A DNA stretch of 64,000 bases, taken from NCBI RefSeq assembly GCF_000143415.4, contig NW_003314287.1:68783-132782 (forward strand), in the 5' to 3' direction. This document shows, piece after piece, positions 39,898 to 52,413 of this stretch (position 1 is the stretch's first letter; the number at the start of each line of letters is the position of its first letter). This DNA is from Selaginella moellendorffii (Eukaryota > Plantae > Lycopodiophyta). The notes beneath the pieces are model-generated. The model worked only from the letters and a program-made list of their open reading frames with translations, was not told where the DNA came from and made no database searches. The translations under genes were made by a program, and so were the position numbers.

Positions 39898-42800
39898 AAA
39901 TAGTTTTGAAAAACTTCATATGTATTTATATGGTTCTTGAATGTTGTTAGAGGGTTATTATAATGTTGTCACTTCATTATTGAAATGAAAGAGTACAACT
40001 CAATGGGTTTTAAAGCTTTAGATATATAATTTTAAGGTTATTAATCACTCAAAGAGTTTTATAGTTGATGGTTACACCTTTTCTCGAGTTTATTTTCCTT
40101 CTTGGCTCTCTTTTCATATTTCTAATGAGTCTGTATTTTAGCATTAATGGATTTTCTAGCTGAAAATTATGTGTGATTGGACTGGCTGCAAATAATTATA
40201 AGGATAAAGTTCATCCTCATGACAATATTAAGAATGTAAATGCCATCACATAGCCTTTGGATCTTGTGTTTTCCTACATAAGTGAGCAAAAGGGAAGTTG
40301 TAGTCTATAGAGGCTAAATATATTGAATTCATGGTTTAACCCTTTAAGCCTCACAAATATTACATCTTATGGATGTTATATATTAAATATAGCAATTGTG
40401 TTTTCTCCATACTTACTACAACTCTCTTATTTTATATGAATATATAGGACATCATAATGTGGCACAAGTCTTTTTATTAGCTGGAGATGCAACATAATGT
40501 TATTTAGTATGTGCCAAGTTTATAATACCCCCCCCCCCCCCCTCCCCCCCCCCCTTTCTGTACTATAGAAGGATAATTGAAGTTAATTGTAATTTCCTAT
40601 TTATTTGACCTTGTGGCATTTGATTTGATGGGGCCCTTTTTATATGATTATAATCTAATATTGTTAACAAGGTTAAGTTTACCTTTTGCAACTACCATAA
40701 GTTGCTAATACTAAGTCCTAGGATTACTATTTGATAGGCATTCTTCCATTAGTTCAAGTAAAGTTTACTAAACATTTATGTTGCATACAAGTGGAACAAC
40801 AACACAATAACTTTCATTATCATACATTTATGTAAATGAATTTAGTGTTGATTCATTTTCCCAATCTTATAGTATATAATTTATTTAAGGGGTTTTTTAC
40901 TTAGTGGAAGGGACTATATCATGTGTTCTAGCAAATTGAACTATAAGTTTATGGAGTTTGGCATAACATTCAATAAACTAATCCTCCAAAAATTATGTAT
41001 ATATAATAGCTTAAATGCTTCATGGAAAAGAATTAATAACAAATTGCACTACCTACAAATCCACCATTGCCTCTTTTAATATTCATTTAAATCCTAGACC
41101 ATCAACCTAAAGACTTTAATTGCCTTCCATATTTCCAAGAAGAGGGGATGATATAAAGTCTATGATGCAGTGGTAATTTGATTGCCATCAAATTGGTTTC
41201 AATCAAGACCACTTATTTTTGTATATAAGCTAAGGTTTTTGGGTATTGGATATGCATATTTTTTTATCCCATTTCTAAATTCCATACACTAGCACCATTA
41301 TAATATTAGAAAAATTATTTTAAATTTAGAAATTAAAAATAAGAAAAGAGAAATGATGCCATATCCTATTACTAGCATAGTTGGATTTTGATACCTGTTA
41401 AATTAGTTTTGATATGAACCATTTTCCTATATTTAAATTAGGGTAGAAAAAGCTAATTTCATTATCACTTATTCAAATCCATTTAAAGATTATTTGTGTT
41501 GGTAATAATCAATCATAAAGACTAATGAGGGTCCAGTTCAAAACCACTAGTTAGCCTGATAATTAAAAATTAAATAGAAAGTATGAACAACCCAAGTTAC
41601 AATAAAGTGCAGCAGCTTTCAATTAGGCACAAGCTGAAATGTAAGCCTTCTCTTCCTTGACCTTCCCTTGCTCCCTATGCTTCATACTAATAGAGATAGC
41701 TGAGAACTTTTGGAGGGCCTCATTTGATTTACTTAGATCATGAGATCTGGTATTAAATTGCAAGGGCTAAAGTGATCTAGGGAAGTGGTTAGGCATCAAG
41801 TATAGAAATCATCAACTTATATGCTTTGCATGCTTTGAATAGGATCTTTTCATGTAATGCATCTTTGAACTTTTCTTTTATGGACTTTTGTTCTTTGTTT
41901 ATGTGCATGTGTGTGACTCTTAGGTTGCTGTAAACTCCAATATATCCAAATGTTTAGAAGGATCAACCTAGCTTCCAAAGTGTTTACTCTAAAGGGTTTA
42001 CTTCCTAATTAAGGTCTAAAGTAATTTAAAATATGGTACTCAATACATGCATCTTGGTCTTTTTATATATGTCAAGTAAGCAAGTTTCTCCCTAACCATA
42101 ACAGCATATCCTGCAAGAATCCATAGTCTTTTATCTAGTGATTTGAGGAGTATTAAAAAGCAACTTTAATGCAAACATAAAGGAGATGTTGGAAATGGGT
42201 GTTATTCGGAAGTCGTGGAGTCCTTGGGCAGATGAAATCAAAACTCTTCATCTTCATTTCTAACTGCTTTTCTAGGCAAATTTGTGATTGTGTAAATGGA
42301 TTTTATATTTAACATAGATATTATTTGTACAAAATAAATATATCAAAAGAATTAATTTCCATAATCATTTATATATAGAAAGAACACCAAAGGTTGTCAC
42401 ATACTATACCAAATTATTCTAGAATTTTTCTAATAGTTCAAATAGTTATTACAGTAGTGATGTTGATTAATAACAACAATTGGGATGCATATTTTTTATC
42501 AAATTCATTCTCATTTTTATTTTCTAAAATTAAAAAAAGTCCCATTTGAACGTTATATTATATTATTAACCAGATCATCTCAATTATAAAAAGAATATTG
42601 TAATAAGTGTTCAATTTTGTTCATTTGAGGTGAATGCTTGTGGCAAGGTGGAGGCAATTGCAATGCAACCCAGGGAAATATCAATCATGGCAAGTTCATC
42701 TTTCTCAAGGATAAGCTATGTTCTTTGATGTTTTTGATTTGGAGATAAACTCATGAGTTACTTTCGTAATGTGCATTGAGGTCTGGTAATCCAAACATAA

Positions 42801-43026
42801 TTGTCACAATTGACGGTTTGATTTTACTTTGAATTCAAAGATCCAGATTTTTTTGGCATTCTTAATCCATGTGGACTGTAGATACACACATAAATTTATA
42901 TAATTTGCTCTCAGAGAGAGAGAGAGAGAGCTAGCTCCTGTATTTACAAGCATCTTTGAATCCATAGGCCAAACTTTTTGGTAGAAAGCTTTTAAATGGA
43001 GATAGCCCTTCGAAAAAGGAAATACC

Positions 43027-43781
43027 TCACTCTAGTATAGTCGGACGGTCCGGCATTATCCCATCCCTCCAAGGCAGATCGCAAATGCGTCGGTACTTTT
43101 CCGGCTTGATAGACTTTGCCTTAGCCACGACCTCCTTCCACTGTCGCAACACTTTCCCCTCGTCGCCAAACAGCTCGCGCAAGCCCTCACTCACGTAAGA
43201 ATCAATCCCTTCGATGGATACTTCCTCACTTGTGAGCACCTCCACCACTTCATACGGCTGTGGATGGCCCTTGATGGCATCGTAGCCGCAGAAACTCTCC
43301 CGGGGAATCACCTGTATGTGTGTGAGAGAGAGACGCAATGCAAACAAGGGAGTAGGGAGCGTGAGCTTACATGCATTGGCTGGCCTCGCAGCACCACTGG
43401 AAGGGCCCGAGAGATAGCATGGTGGACACCCCACCACGAGTTGAAGACGAGAGTGATCGGGTAGAAGATAGAACCGGTGAGGAAAGAAACGCAACCTTCC
43501 AGCACTTGCTCACTCGACCCGCTTGCTATCTGCACTGGCTCGCTCTCCCACTGGAGCAGCGTGGGATTGTCGGAGACGAGCTGCTGCATGCCACCCGCAT
43601 CCACGCCCAGCATCAAGCACAGATCTGGGCCGGAGCGCGGCGTAGCATAAGCCGACGCAGCGACGGATCCAGCAAGCGCAGCCACTGCTCCATGCTGCGA
43701 CAGCCACGCCGTGAAACCCAACGCCGCATCGACTTGATGATGCCCGTACCACAGGCATTGTGCATCAGACCATTCGGTTAC
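43027..43781 (-). CDS. Pseudo-nucleotidyltransferase (DUF6036/AbiEii-like fold, catalytic residues lost); 5' end unresolved
   Basis: AALAGSVAASAYATPRSGPDLCLML, then ITLVFNSWWGVHHAI, a phase-0 GT-AG intron at 43312-43370, then VIPRESFCGYD..WKEVV. Collinear with the + strand paralog. In-frame TGA TGA at 43782-43787. Confidence 0.65.
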
Positions 43782-44262
43782 TCATCAGCGCTCCTGGCGC
43801 CAGATTTTTGTTGGCGACCAGCACCCCAGCTCCTCAAGCGACATCTCCAGTGCACTTCCTTGGGGACGAACTTGGGTTTGCTGCTTTGCGGCTGCGTAGC
43901 GCAGCGGCCATGATGCCAACATCACGCCAGCTTGAATTTTGTGAGGCTTGTGTGCTAGGAAAACGTGAGCTCGGCAGTCAGCTCAGCTTTTTCCTGAGAG
44001 TGACTAAGGAGGGTTCTTGCGGCATGGCTTCGTCACGGTGCGCGCCCCTGCCCCTTCTGAGCGGATGCTCATCGCTGTCACGAAGCAAGGTAAGCCTCTG
44101 GGCCTTTCATCTGTCTGCCATCTTCTGTTCCTCCAGCTCCCGTTGGATCTGCTCGCGGCTCCTGCTACGATTCACTTCCACACCCTGCACGGCCCGCGCT
44201 CCATCGGAGGTCGAGGAAGGGAGCCGATCCTGCCGTTTTGCGCTCGTCCACGAGTGGAAGCA

Positions 44263-44914
44263 ATGGGCAAGGTTCCGGACCCTCCACGAGTGGAAGCAAT
44301 GCCCGAGGCCGACAAGGTTCCGGACCCTCCACACCGCAAGCTTCCGGACCCGCGACTGCTGAAGGAGGTCCTTGGCATCCTGGAGACTTGGAATCAGGGG
44401 TGTTGTCGCCGGATCCTATGCCGCCATGGCACACTCTGTCTGGAGGACGAGCAAAGACATGGATATGAACATCTCTCTCCAGACGAGCGAGACTGAGCGG
44501 TTCCAAAAGATGGTGGATGAAGTGCAAGATACGCACTGGGTAGAGCGCTTGTCGGGCCCTTTTTATATTTTCTCTGCCTTGTCTTATTTGTTTTTGTCTG
44601 TTGACTTCTTCGATACGTGGTGGGGATCGGCTGAGGCCATTGAAAGCTCAACCTTCAAAGCTATCCCCGAACCAGGAGTTCCACCGGAGCAAGCTGTGGT
44701 GCTCCCTGTAATCCCCCCCGAGTCAATCTGCCTTTTCAAAACCATCAGCCTCGATTTCAACAGGCGTCGTGGTCGAAAGGATCGAACCGACATCTTCAAT
44801 ATTCTGAAGTGCGCCTCTCCGTCCGAGCGCCAGCGGATCAACGACTACCTGGGCAAAATCATTCCCAACAAAGCTCTCTGGCGCGAAGTCATGGTGGAGG
44901 CTGTAGGCTGTTGA
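44263..44914 (+). CDS. Prokaryote-type Pol-beta superfamily nucleotidyltransferase (DUF6036/AbiEii-like), one frameshift at ~44385
   Basis: LLKEVLGILE/RLGIRGVVAGSYAAMAHSVWRTSKDMDMNI (hGS.A...R.S.DhD), third Asp in SVDFF, PVIPPESICLFK, RKDRTDI..IL. Intronless. Confidence 0.75.
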
Positions 44915-45359
44915 GCCATAGGTACGGGTTTCTTTGCTTTTGTGCATTTTCCATCGAGCTCAACCACTGCTCTCAGGTAGCCCGAGGAGCACAGCGTCCT
45001 CCCTTCTCGTTTTGAAGCATGCAGAGACGTCGATCCGCACCTTTTCTTTTTGTTCCATCTTGTAGAAATGCTCCTGCGGAAATGCGCAAGTTCATTTTGC
45101 AATGATCTCTGGCTCCGCGCTCCTCTTGACAGATTCAAAGGTGACGAACTGGCTCGGAGGGGAGGACGTTCCAGTCTCGAGGACACAAGGTTGTTCCACT
45201 ACTGCCGCTCCAAGATCCAAAACAGGTGAGCTCAACCAAATAGGTGATGTTTTTTGAGAAGCAATTTGTTTGAGATCCACTTCTATGAATGAGTTTATGG
45301 ATGTTTCATGAATGGCAGAACGAAATTAGTTTCACAATTGCATCTTTGTCATTTTTATT

Positions 45360-46918
45360 TTAAAAGTGAAAGAGAAAACCTTCAACATCCACTAATGTGG
45401 CATTGGTACCAGAGTGGTCTACATCAACAAAAAGGAGCTGGCAGCGGTGTTGTCTACCTAGTGCGAGCGTCCCACGCCTTGACAAGCTCCAGCAGCGCAC
45501 TCTGTTCGTCTCGGTTGGATGGTAGCACTCTAGGAAGCGCTGGCGTGGACTCACACGCGAACATCGCGTTGTAGAGAGCAAGTTCCTGCCAGGAACCACG
45601 TCAAGTCAGTCGAGGGGGGAGGGTAAAGGGAGAGGGAGAGGGGAGAGCCACCTTTGATCCAGCAGTAATCTTCACTTGCACATGAATCCTTTGTTCACCA
45701 CTGCACTCCTCCTCGGGCTCCGTCCGCATGACGAACGCTTCCAGCTGCACAGAAGTCCCGAGCTTGGCCTGGACGCACAGAGGATTAGCACCAGGAAGGA
45801 ACAAAGAAGTCAAGCTCACTCACCCCCTCCAAGAACTTGACGTGATATATGTGCTTGAGCCGTGGTCTACTGCGGCCGTGGCCAAAGCGCGCGGCAAAGC
45901 CATATGCAGTGCACATGGCCAGCCCACAAGCTTCAGCCAAGAGCTCCCCCCCAAACACTGATCCCTGCGAGTTGAGCTGCTGAGGCTCCACCACAAAACA
46001 CGTTTGGTGTCGAGTCCTCTGGATCAAGACAGCACTAGCATCATCCTTGCTTCCCGCCGCCAGCAGTTGCCGCCCCTCGTCGAGCATGCATCCCACAAGT
46101 TGCTGCCAGGCTCCAGGCGCGGCGTGATGATCGTGGTGATTATCCACATCCACGCGTCTGGCTTCAAGAGCGTTCACCCGCGCTGGCTTGCCAGTTATCC
46201 TGTCGCGGGCCACGAAGACGAGGCCAGCCTCCAGGGCAGTAGCTTGGTGCTGCACAGCTTGGATGTGAACGTGGAGGGAGCTGCGGCCGGCTCGTTGCAC
46301 TGTGCCAATGAGCTCCACGTCCACATCGAACAGGAGCGGCTTGTGGATGACCAGGCCATCCAAGAGTACCGTCAAGAACACAAGCGGCCTCGAGGTACCT
46401 TCGTCTCCGAGGCAATGCTGCAGCACAGCCAAATTAGCGGTAGCTTGGAAGAGAGATAGATATGGCGATCTCACCTTGCGGCAGACGTGCCCTCCCAGGC
46501 AATCCATATCTTTGAGCAGCCTCGCCATGCTAATCTCCTGCATGTGGTCCTGGTAGTGGAGCTGGAGGAGCCTGTCCGTGGCCAAGGGGAAGTGGACGCT
46601 CACACGCCCGTCTTGCACTGATCGCCGCGGCAACGAGAGCTGGGAGGCGGCCAGCGAGTCGAGGCGAGTGAAACAACCGTCGCCTCCTTCCCCGCCACCC
46701 TCAGCAGGCCAGTTGATGAGTCCCAGCGAGTCGCGAGCTGCGGGCCTGGAAGCCAGCCACTTCCACTGCTCCACGGTCACGGGGGATACGTACAGACTGC
46801 CTGGGAACAGCGCCATCGGCATCTTCTGCTGGTAATGCTGCTGGCGCTGCCGTGGCGGCGGCGGCGGCGGGGGCACCAACAGCGCCGGATGACTTACCTC
46901 CTGTATGCTCCCCGCCAT
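45360..46918 (-). CDS. Double hotdog acyl-CoA thioesterase (plant ACOT9-like); ends uncertain, possibly degenerate
   Basis: ALFPGSLYVSPVT resembles plant LWPGMYHSPVT. ARLLKDMDCLGG, GRSSLHV, VFVARD..TGK.A.VN, PQQLN.QGSVFGG.L, VKFL. Short introns. Confidence 0.8.
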
Positions 46919-47339
46919 CACCGGTTTAGGGCCGACCACAAAGCTGGATGGTTATTCATTGAAGGGTTACAAGAAGTTCCCTATCCCTCCATTGACAAGC
47001 TCACCGCTTTCTCCGCTTCCTCTCGGGCAGTCAGATCTCACGCTAGCGCGCCGGGCATGATCCTGGCCAGATTGAATTTCGATATAAGCATGAGTCGCTC
47101 GCTACCAGTGAGCGGAAAGAAAACAAAAAATCTCGAGCTTGATGCTTGCCTGATATTTTCTTGTGGTGGCTCCGGCTCACTCACTGAGCAAAATCCTTTG
47201 TTACCCCCTTGGAAGAGAACAAAGACATACTTTGCCGATTGTGTAGAGATCGCTGTTGGTGTTCCCCTGAAAAACCAAGGACAAAAATAAAATAAAATAA
47301 GAGCTGTCGAGGGACATCCAAGCCGCTCGAATGCAACTG

Positions 47340-48252
47340 CCTGGAATAGTTACATCCAAGCCGTCTAAATGCAGCTGGATGTCCGGATGTTAACGGAATT
47401 TCCCGAGGCGTGCTCATGAGCTCTATGGTCTGGCCGTGACAACAAGCACACTCCACCTTTGTGTTTGATCCCCGAGACGATGCCATCGCAAGAACGTGGG
47501 AAAGTGTTGCACGCTTTGGCATTAGTGACCTGTGCGCACTCCCCACGATGCTGATCGCGGGCATGAAGTACCCCATCCCCACGGGCTCTTTGGGAACACT
47601 CAAACGTATCTTCTACGGGGGCGATGCATTCCCTGAGCGACAGGAGATCGAGTCTCACCTGGCACCCGTGCGCCTGGTACAGCAATACGGGATGACGGAG
47701 TGCGGCCAGATTTCCATGGGAACCACGGCAAACGCGGGCTACCTCCTTCCAGGGATCGAGGCGAAGGTCGAGTTCAACGGTGTGAAGCTTTACCCCGGAG
47801 AGCAGGGCCGTCTCTGGGTGAGGGGAGACGGCGTGGTCACTACTGTGCGTGGCAAGGATAGGTTTGCGGACACGGGGGACATTGGATTTTTCGACTCGGA
47901 CAACCGGCTCCACCTAGTTGGACGTGAAAAGGACATCACCAAGGTCAAATGCAATCAGGTTCCGTGCTAGCTGCTGGAGGCCATCGCGCTCCAGTGTCCG
48001 GGAGTCCGAGAGGTTGCAGTTGTGGGCAAACCAGAGCGAACCTACGGTCACGTTCCCGTGGCATTTGTCGTCATGGATCCACCCAGGGATGCCAACGCCA
48101 TCATTGCCTTCGTCGGGAAGCTTGCACCAGAGTGGTACATGCCGATTCACGACGTCATCTTCGTCCCCGAGCTGCCAAGGACGCCCATCACTGCCAAAGT
48201 CATAGCGTACACTGTTGAAAACCATACAAAATGCAAAGGAAAAAGAAATTGA
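47340..48252 (+). pseudogene. C-terminal half of an ANL-family acyl-CoA synthetase, intronless, with premature stops
   Basis: YGMTE (A5), DTGDIG (A7), GREKD..K (A8), LPRTP..KV (A10). In-frame TGA at ~47438 and TAG at 47968. No P-loop seen upstream. Confidence 0.85.
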
Positions 48253-50422
48253 ACAAAGGATTCATGTGCAAGTGAGCACGTCCTTACTCTCTACAGCGCG
48301 ACGTTGGTCCACTCCAGCGCTTCCTAGAACCGAGACGAGCAAAGTGAGCCGGTGGAGCTTCTCACGCTCGCACTCGGTAGAGAACATCGCTGCAAGCGCC
48401 TTTTTGTATGCGCTCAGCTCAACGCCAGGACACTTCCCAACGTGCCTCCAAACTCTCCGACCGATTCAGTCTCCATAACGCTGCGCACCTTGAGCACCAT
48501 CTCCTCGCCTCTTTCCGTCACCGCCAGCAGCGCCTAAGGGACAGTCTGCTGGATGGCTCATGCTCGATCTGAGAAAGATCGCGATGAATGAGAGAGCGGC
48601 GATCACAAGAAACTTATGTTCAGGACATCGTTTAATCAAACAGGTTTGCAGTGCTGCTCCGGGGAACGAACTGGTGCTGGAGCGGTAAAGATTGCTGTCG
48701 ACATGGTTGGCGAAAGGCTTGTGGACCAGCGCCTTTTTACCATTAGTTTTTTTATTTCGATGACCGTTGAAATAGGTTTTTGGAGGCGGAATTAAAATGT
48801 AGATAATCTAATTTTATACCTTACAACCTTGAACAATTAATTTTAGGTCGAAAATGGTAATGATAACCACTTTATTGCTTGTGCTTAACTAAGAACACAC
48901 ACAAACAAATGGGGGAGAAGATCATTTGGAAAGTTTTCAAAGATGATTATATGTTGTACCTTGGTCACCCCAAAACCTCACTTGGACTAATCATAAGCAT
49001 ATAGAATATTGCTTCTCCAAGTGGAGGTCCTCCTAGCATCACTCATAAATATCATATAATCATTGACTACAGCTCCACTGGGAAAAGAATTATCACAAAT
49101 AGTTGGAAATTTTTTTGACTAGAATCCAGAGCTAATCCCAGTCACCACCACTGATCATCATCTCAAGAACACAGTGTTTAGTTTCAAAGATTCCAAAGAT
49201 GTGTTAAATTTTTAACTATCAAAGCACAAATAAAAGTGTATCTATTTAGATAATAAGCGCATAATAATAAGTATAACAAAATTTTATTCTTCGCTCAAAA
49301 TTTCAATTATGGAAAAATTACTCTATAATACCTAATATTTTTTAATAGCACTATAGAATCTTTAATAATGTTTTTTTTTGTTATGTGTGTAAATACACAA
49401 TGTTTTAACATGCTCTATTTGAGTGAAATATTATAATTCCAACTTCACAATGCTATAGATGGCATGGTTCTACCAACAAGGAAAATCTAATGTACTATCA
49501 AAGTTTATTTATTATCCATCAACTTTTCTTGTAAAGGGTGATTCTTATGTTTTTGAATTTTTCTCAGGTTCTTTACAGCTTAGATCAAGATGCTCCACCA
49601 CCTCCTAGTAGTGATCGAGAATAGTTTGAGACAATCATGTGCCACTACTCAAGCCTCGTCTACTATCATAATTTTCTTGTGCATCGTGGTGAGGTAGATT
49701 TTATTCCAATTGTCAAGCTTGGACATATTGTCCTCACCTTATGGCAATGACTCATCCCTATTGCCTTTTTTTCATCCTTTCTCCCTCATTGCATCCCGAT
49801 GTGCTTCATATGCTTTCTTCTTCACCTGCTAAGTACCACACAGCATGTTACCTGACACCCACCATCTAACAAAAACGTTGCGTAAAGCAGTGTCAAAGCT
49901 GTCCGATCCCTTGTTACCAATGTAGACACAGTAGGATCGGAGTGGAGAGACAGTGGGTAATCACGTGGAAACATTTGTTTTCTCTTTTCATTGTGGGAAC
50001 ATATGTTTTTTTAGGGAAGGCTGAGTAGCACTGGGATGTGGTGCAATTTGTTCCTGATACTCTATTTTCTTTTATCTATAACAAGTCTAGCTCCTCTGTT
50101 TATGTAAATTGAAACCATTACCTTATTGTTAAATGCCCAACTTGCATTTATATTTTCCACACTATTAGACTTTCATACGCAGATCATAACCACCATTCTG
50201 GGTGATTCAACAATAGCCACACTGACAAGTAGATCTAGAACAATAGCTTGATCTCATTCAAGAGATACACAAGGCCGTCTGGAGCTAGTCCCCTTGCCAC
50301 TGACTGTAAAAACATCTATCTTTATATATGATATACATTATGATATTAATTACAGATTATTCTAATCTATATAACTTCACTTATTTATGTTGAGTCTACA
50401 TCTTGATGAGCTTTGATATACA

Positions 50423-50746
50423 GCTACTAAATTTTAAGATTATTAAAAAAGAAATTAAAATTTCGTTAAAAGTGTAACACTATCAAAAAGATCTCTAGTA
50501 TAAAAAATATATATGACCACTATATCAAACTATAAAAGTGTGACAAAGTATGCATTCTATTCCATATCTTAGGATTCAATAATTAACATTAAACTTAGTA
50601 TGTCTATGGTTGTTAAAATGTGTGTAGGGAAACTACTTTATAACCAAAAAAGATCATATATTTTTTTTACTAGAGATCTTTTTGATAGTGTTACACTTTT
50701 AACTAATTTTTAATTTCTTTTTTAATAATCTTGAAATTTAGTTAGC
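50423..50746. mobile_element. Foldback/MITE-like element with ~95-bp terminal inverted repeats
   Basis: 50423-50518 is the near-perfect reverse complement of 50652-50746 (e.g. aaaagtgtaacactatcaaaaagatctctagta). No TSD recognised. Confidence 0.7.
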
Positions 50747-50750
50747 ACAA

Positions 50751-50990
50751 TTGCCATGTCAAAAAAATCCAGTGTTTCACTCCAGGACAAAACACATTGA
50801 TATCCAACATCACTTTGTTTGGGAGACAACAGATGGTGAAATCAACTCAATCTACACACCAACGCACAATCAGGTAGCACATATTTTCACAAAGGCACTT
50901 GGAGAATCCAAGTTTTTCAAGCTCAGACATAAGTTCAATCCAAGTTTTTCAAGCTTAAACATAAGTTCAGAGTCCGAGCTTGAAGGTCAA
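50751..50990 (+). mobile_element. Ty1/copia RNase H C-terminal fragment
   Basis: KNPVFHSRTKHIDIQHHFV..PT.NQVAHIFTKAL. Confidence 0.9.
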
Positions 50991-51138
50991 GTTGGTTGCT
51001 ATTTGTATTAGGTTTTGTCAGTGTTTTATATACAAGTTTCTTGTTTCTTGTGTTGAGCTGAAGCTCTGCCTTTCTCGTTTCACTCCCGGATGCGAACTCC
51101 AGCCCGTGGTTGAACTTTTTGACGAGTTCTACTTGATA

Positions 51139-52010
51139 ATGGCAGCGGCCTTAGCACCTCTCGGAAGCCTTTCCATCCCAGGTAGAGTCTTCTTATGAAT
51201 GTTTCCACTAGACAGCTCAGTGTTTGTTTATTTTTTCTAGACAAGCACCACATGAGCGAATGGGAGCGAGACGTAAAGCAACTGCGTGCTGCATTCGAGA
51301 AACTCGAGGATGTGGTTGCGGAAGCTGTGTCGTTGCGTCAAAAGCTACCAGAGGCGTCGGAGCCGCTGCTGAGTTCGATCTTTCGCTGCACAGAGGTAGA
51401 CAAACAAACGCGAACCCGAAGCTATGTTCTTGTAAAAGTTCTCAGCTGATCATTGTTTTCCTTTGCCAGGGAGTAGCATCATCATCAGCGCCCTTGCTCT
51501 CATACAGGGACCGAGAGAGGGTAGCGGAAAAGCTGTTTACCTCGCAGAGCGTGAGCGAGACGTGGGAGGAGAGCCTGCAAATGGGCAACTTCTTAAACGG
51601 GCTCTGCAGGGACGTGCTCCTGCCTTGCTACGAGAAGGAAGCGGTGGTGGTGGCAGCAAGAACAAGACCAAAAGGAGATCCAGCTCGCCCATCTACATGT
51701 TTAGATCCCGTTGGTAGTGTCACAGTTTTAACAATAGTGGTCACTATTTTTGTGTGGTCAATTATAACAATGTCGGATGGTAAACTTCTACGCGGGTGAT
51801 AAAATGTGGATTCAATGACAAAATTCTGCTGATTTATCTATAGTTTCTTCAAGGGCCTTGAACTTTCGCAATGTTCGCGGCTGGTTTGTACAAGGCTATG
51901 CAGGAACCCGTGGAGAATGGCCTCTCTGAAGAAGCCGTGAAAAGTCTGGCTAACTTCTACCGAGGCGTTATCGAAAGGTACGTTGCGAACTGGATATGGA
52001 CAGCCTTGCT
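51139..52010 (+). CDS. Multi-exon hypothetical protein, no recognisable family
   Basis: GC-rich open exons (MAAALAPLG.., EWERDVKQLR.., GVASSSAPLL.., MFAAGLYK..) separated by short GT-AG introns. Confidence 0.5.
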
Positions 52011-52413
52011 AACTTGCAAACTTCTAAGGAGGGGATGCTTGGTCCAGATTAACAAGAAAACCTCGCTTTTGACAAAGCTAGTCTTTGTTTGCAACTTCAC
52101 CTTGATTCTGGAGATCAAAAAGTTATTATGTTAGATTTTGAAAATAATGGCCTTGGGAATCCCTTACTTTTCTTTCCTTTGTTGCCGGTGGTGTTCTTCC
52201 TGCTTTTCCGTTGCTATTGATAATTCCCGGTGATCCTAATGAAATGCCTCGAGATTTTCTCGCTCTGCTTGGCAACGATGCCGACTGGAAGGGCGTGGCA
52301 GCAGCAGTGCCAAGGAAAAACAGGAGGGGTGATATCTCCGTTTCCAGAGCAGGAGAAGCCTAGAAAAAACCTTTCGAGTGACTGCAGCGTTGAGTTTATC
52401 AAGCATGAGGTAT

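Larger units (their letters stand above)
38300..40790 (+). mobile_element. Highly decayed Ty3/gypsy copy, same family as 8500-12560
   Basis: 39120-39600 matches the reverse complement of RT 10870-11400, 39900-40080 matches RNase H, and 40430-40780 matches integrase. Confidence 0.7.

Noticed and set aside
44372-44914. cGAS/CD-NTase or poly(A) polymerase assignment
   Set aside because: The R-T-S-K-D-M-D and C-terminal K...RKD..D motifs and short length fit DUF6036/AbiEii-type NTases, and no helical cGAS/PAP lobe is seen.
47968-47970. Stop codon rescued by RNA editing or readthrough
   Set aside because: Nuclear locus with a second stop and no N-terminal half; pseudogene is simpler.
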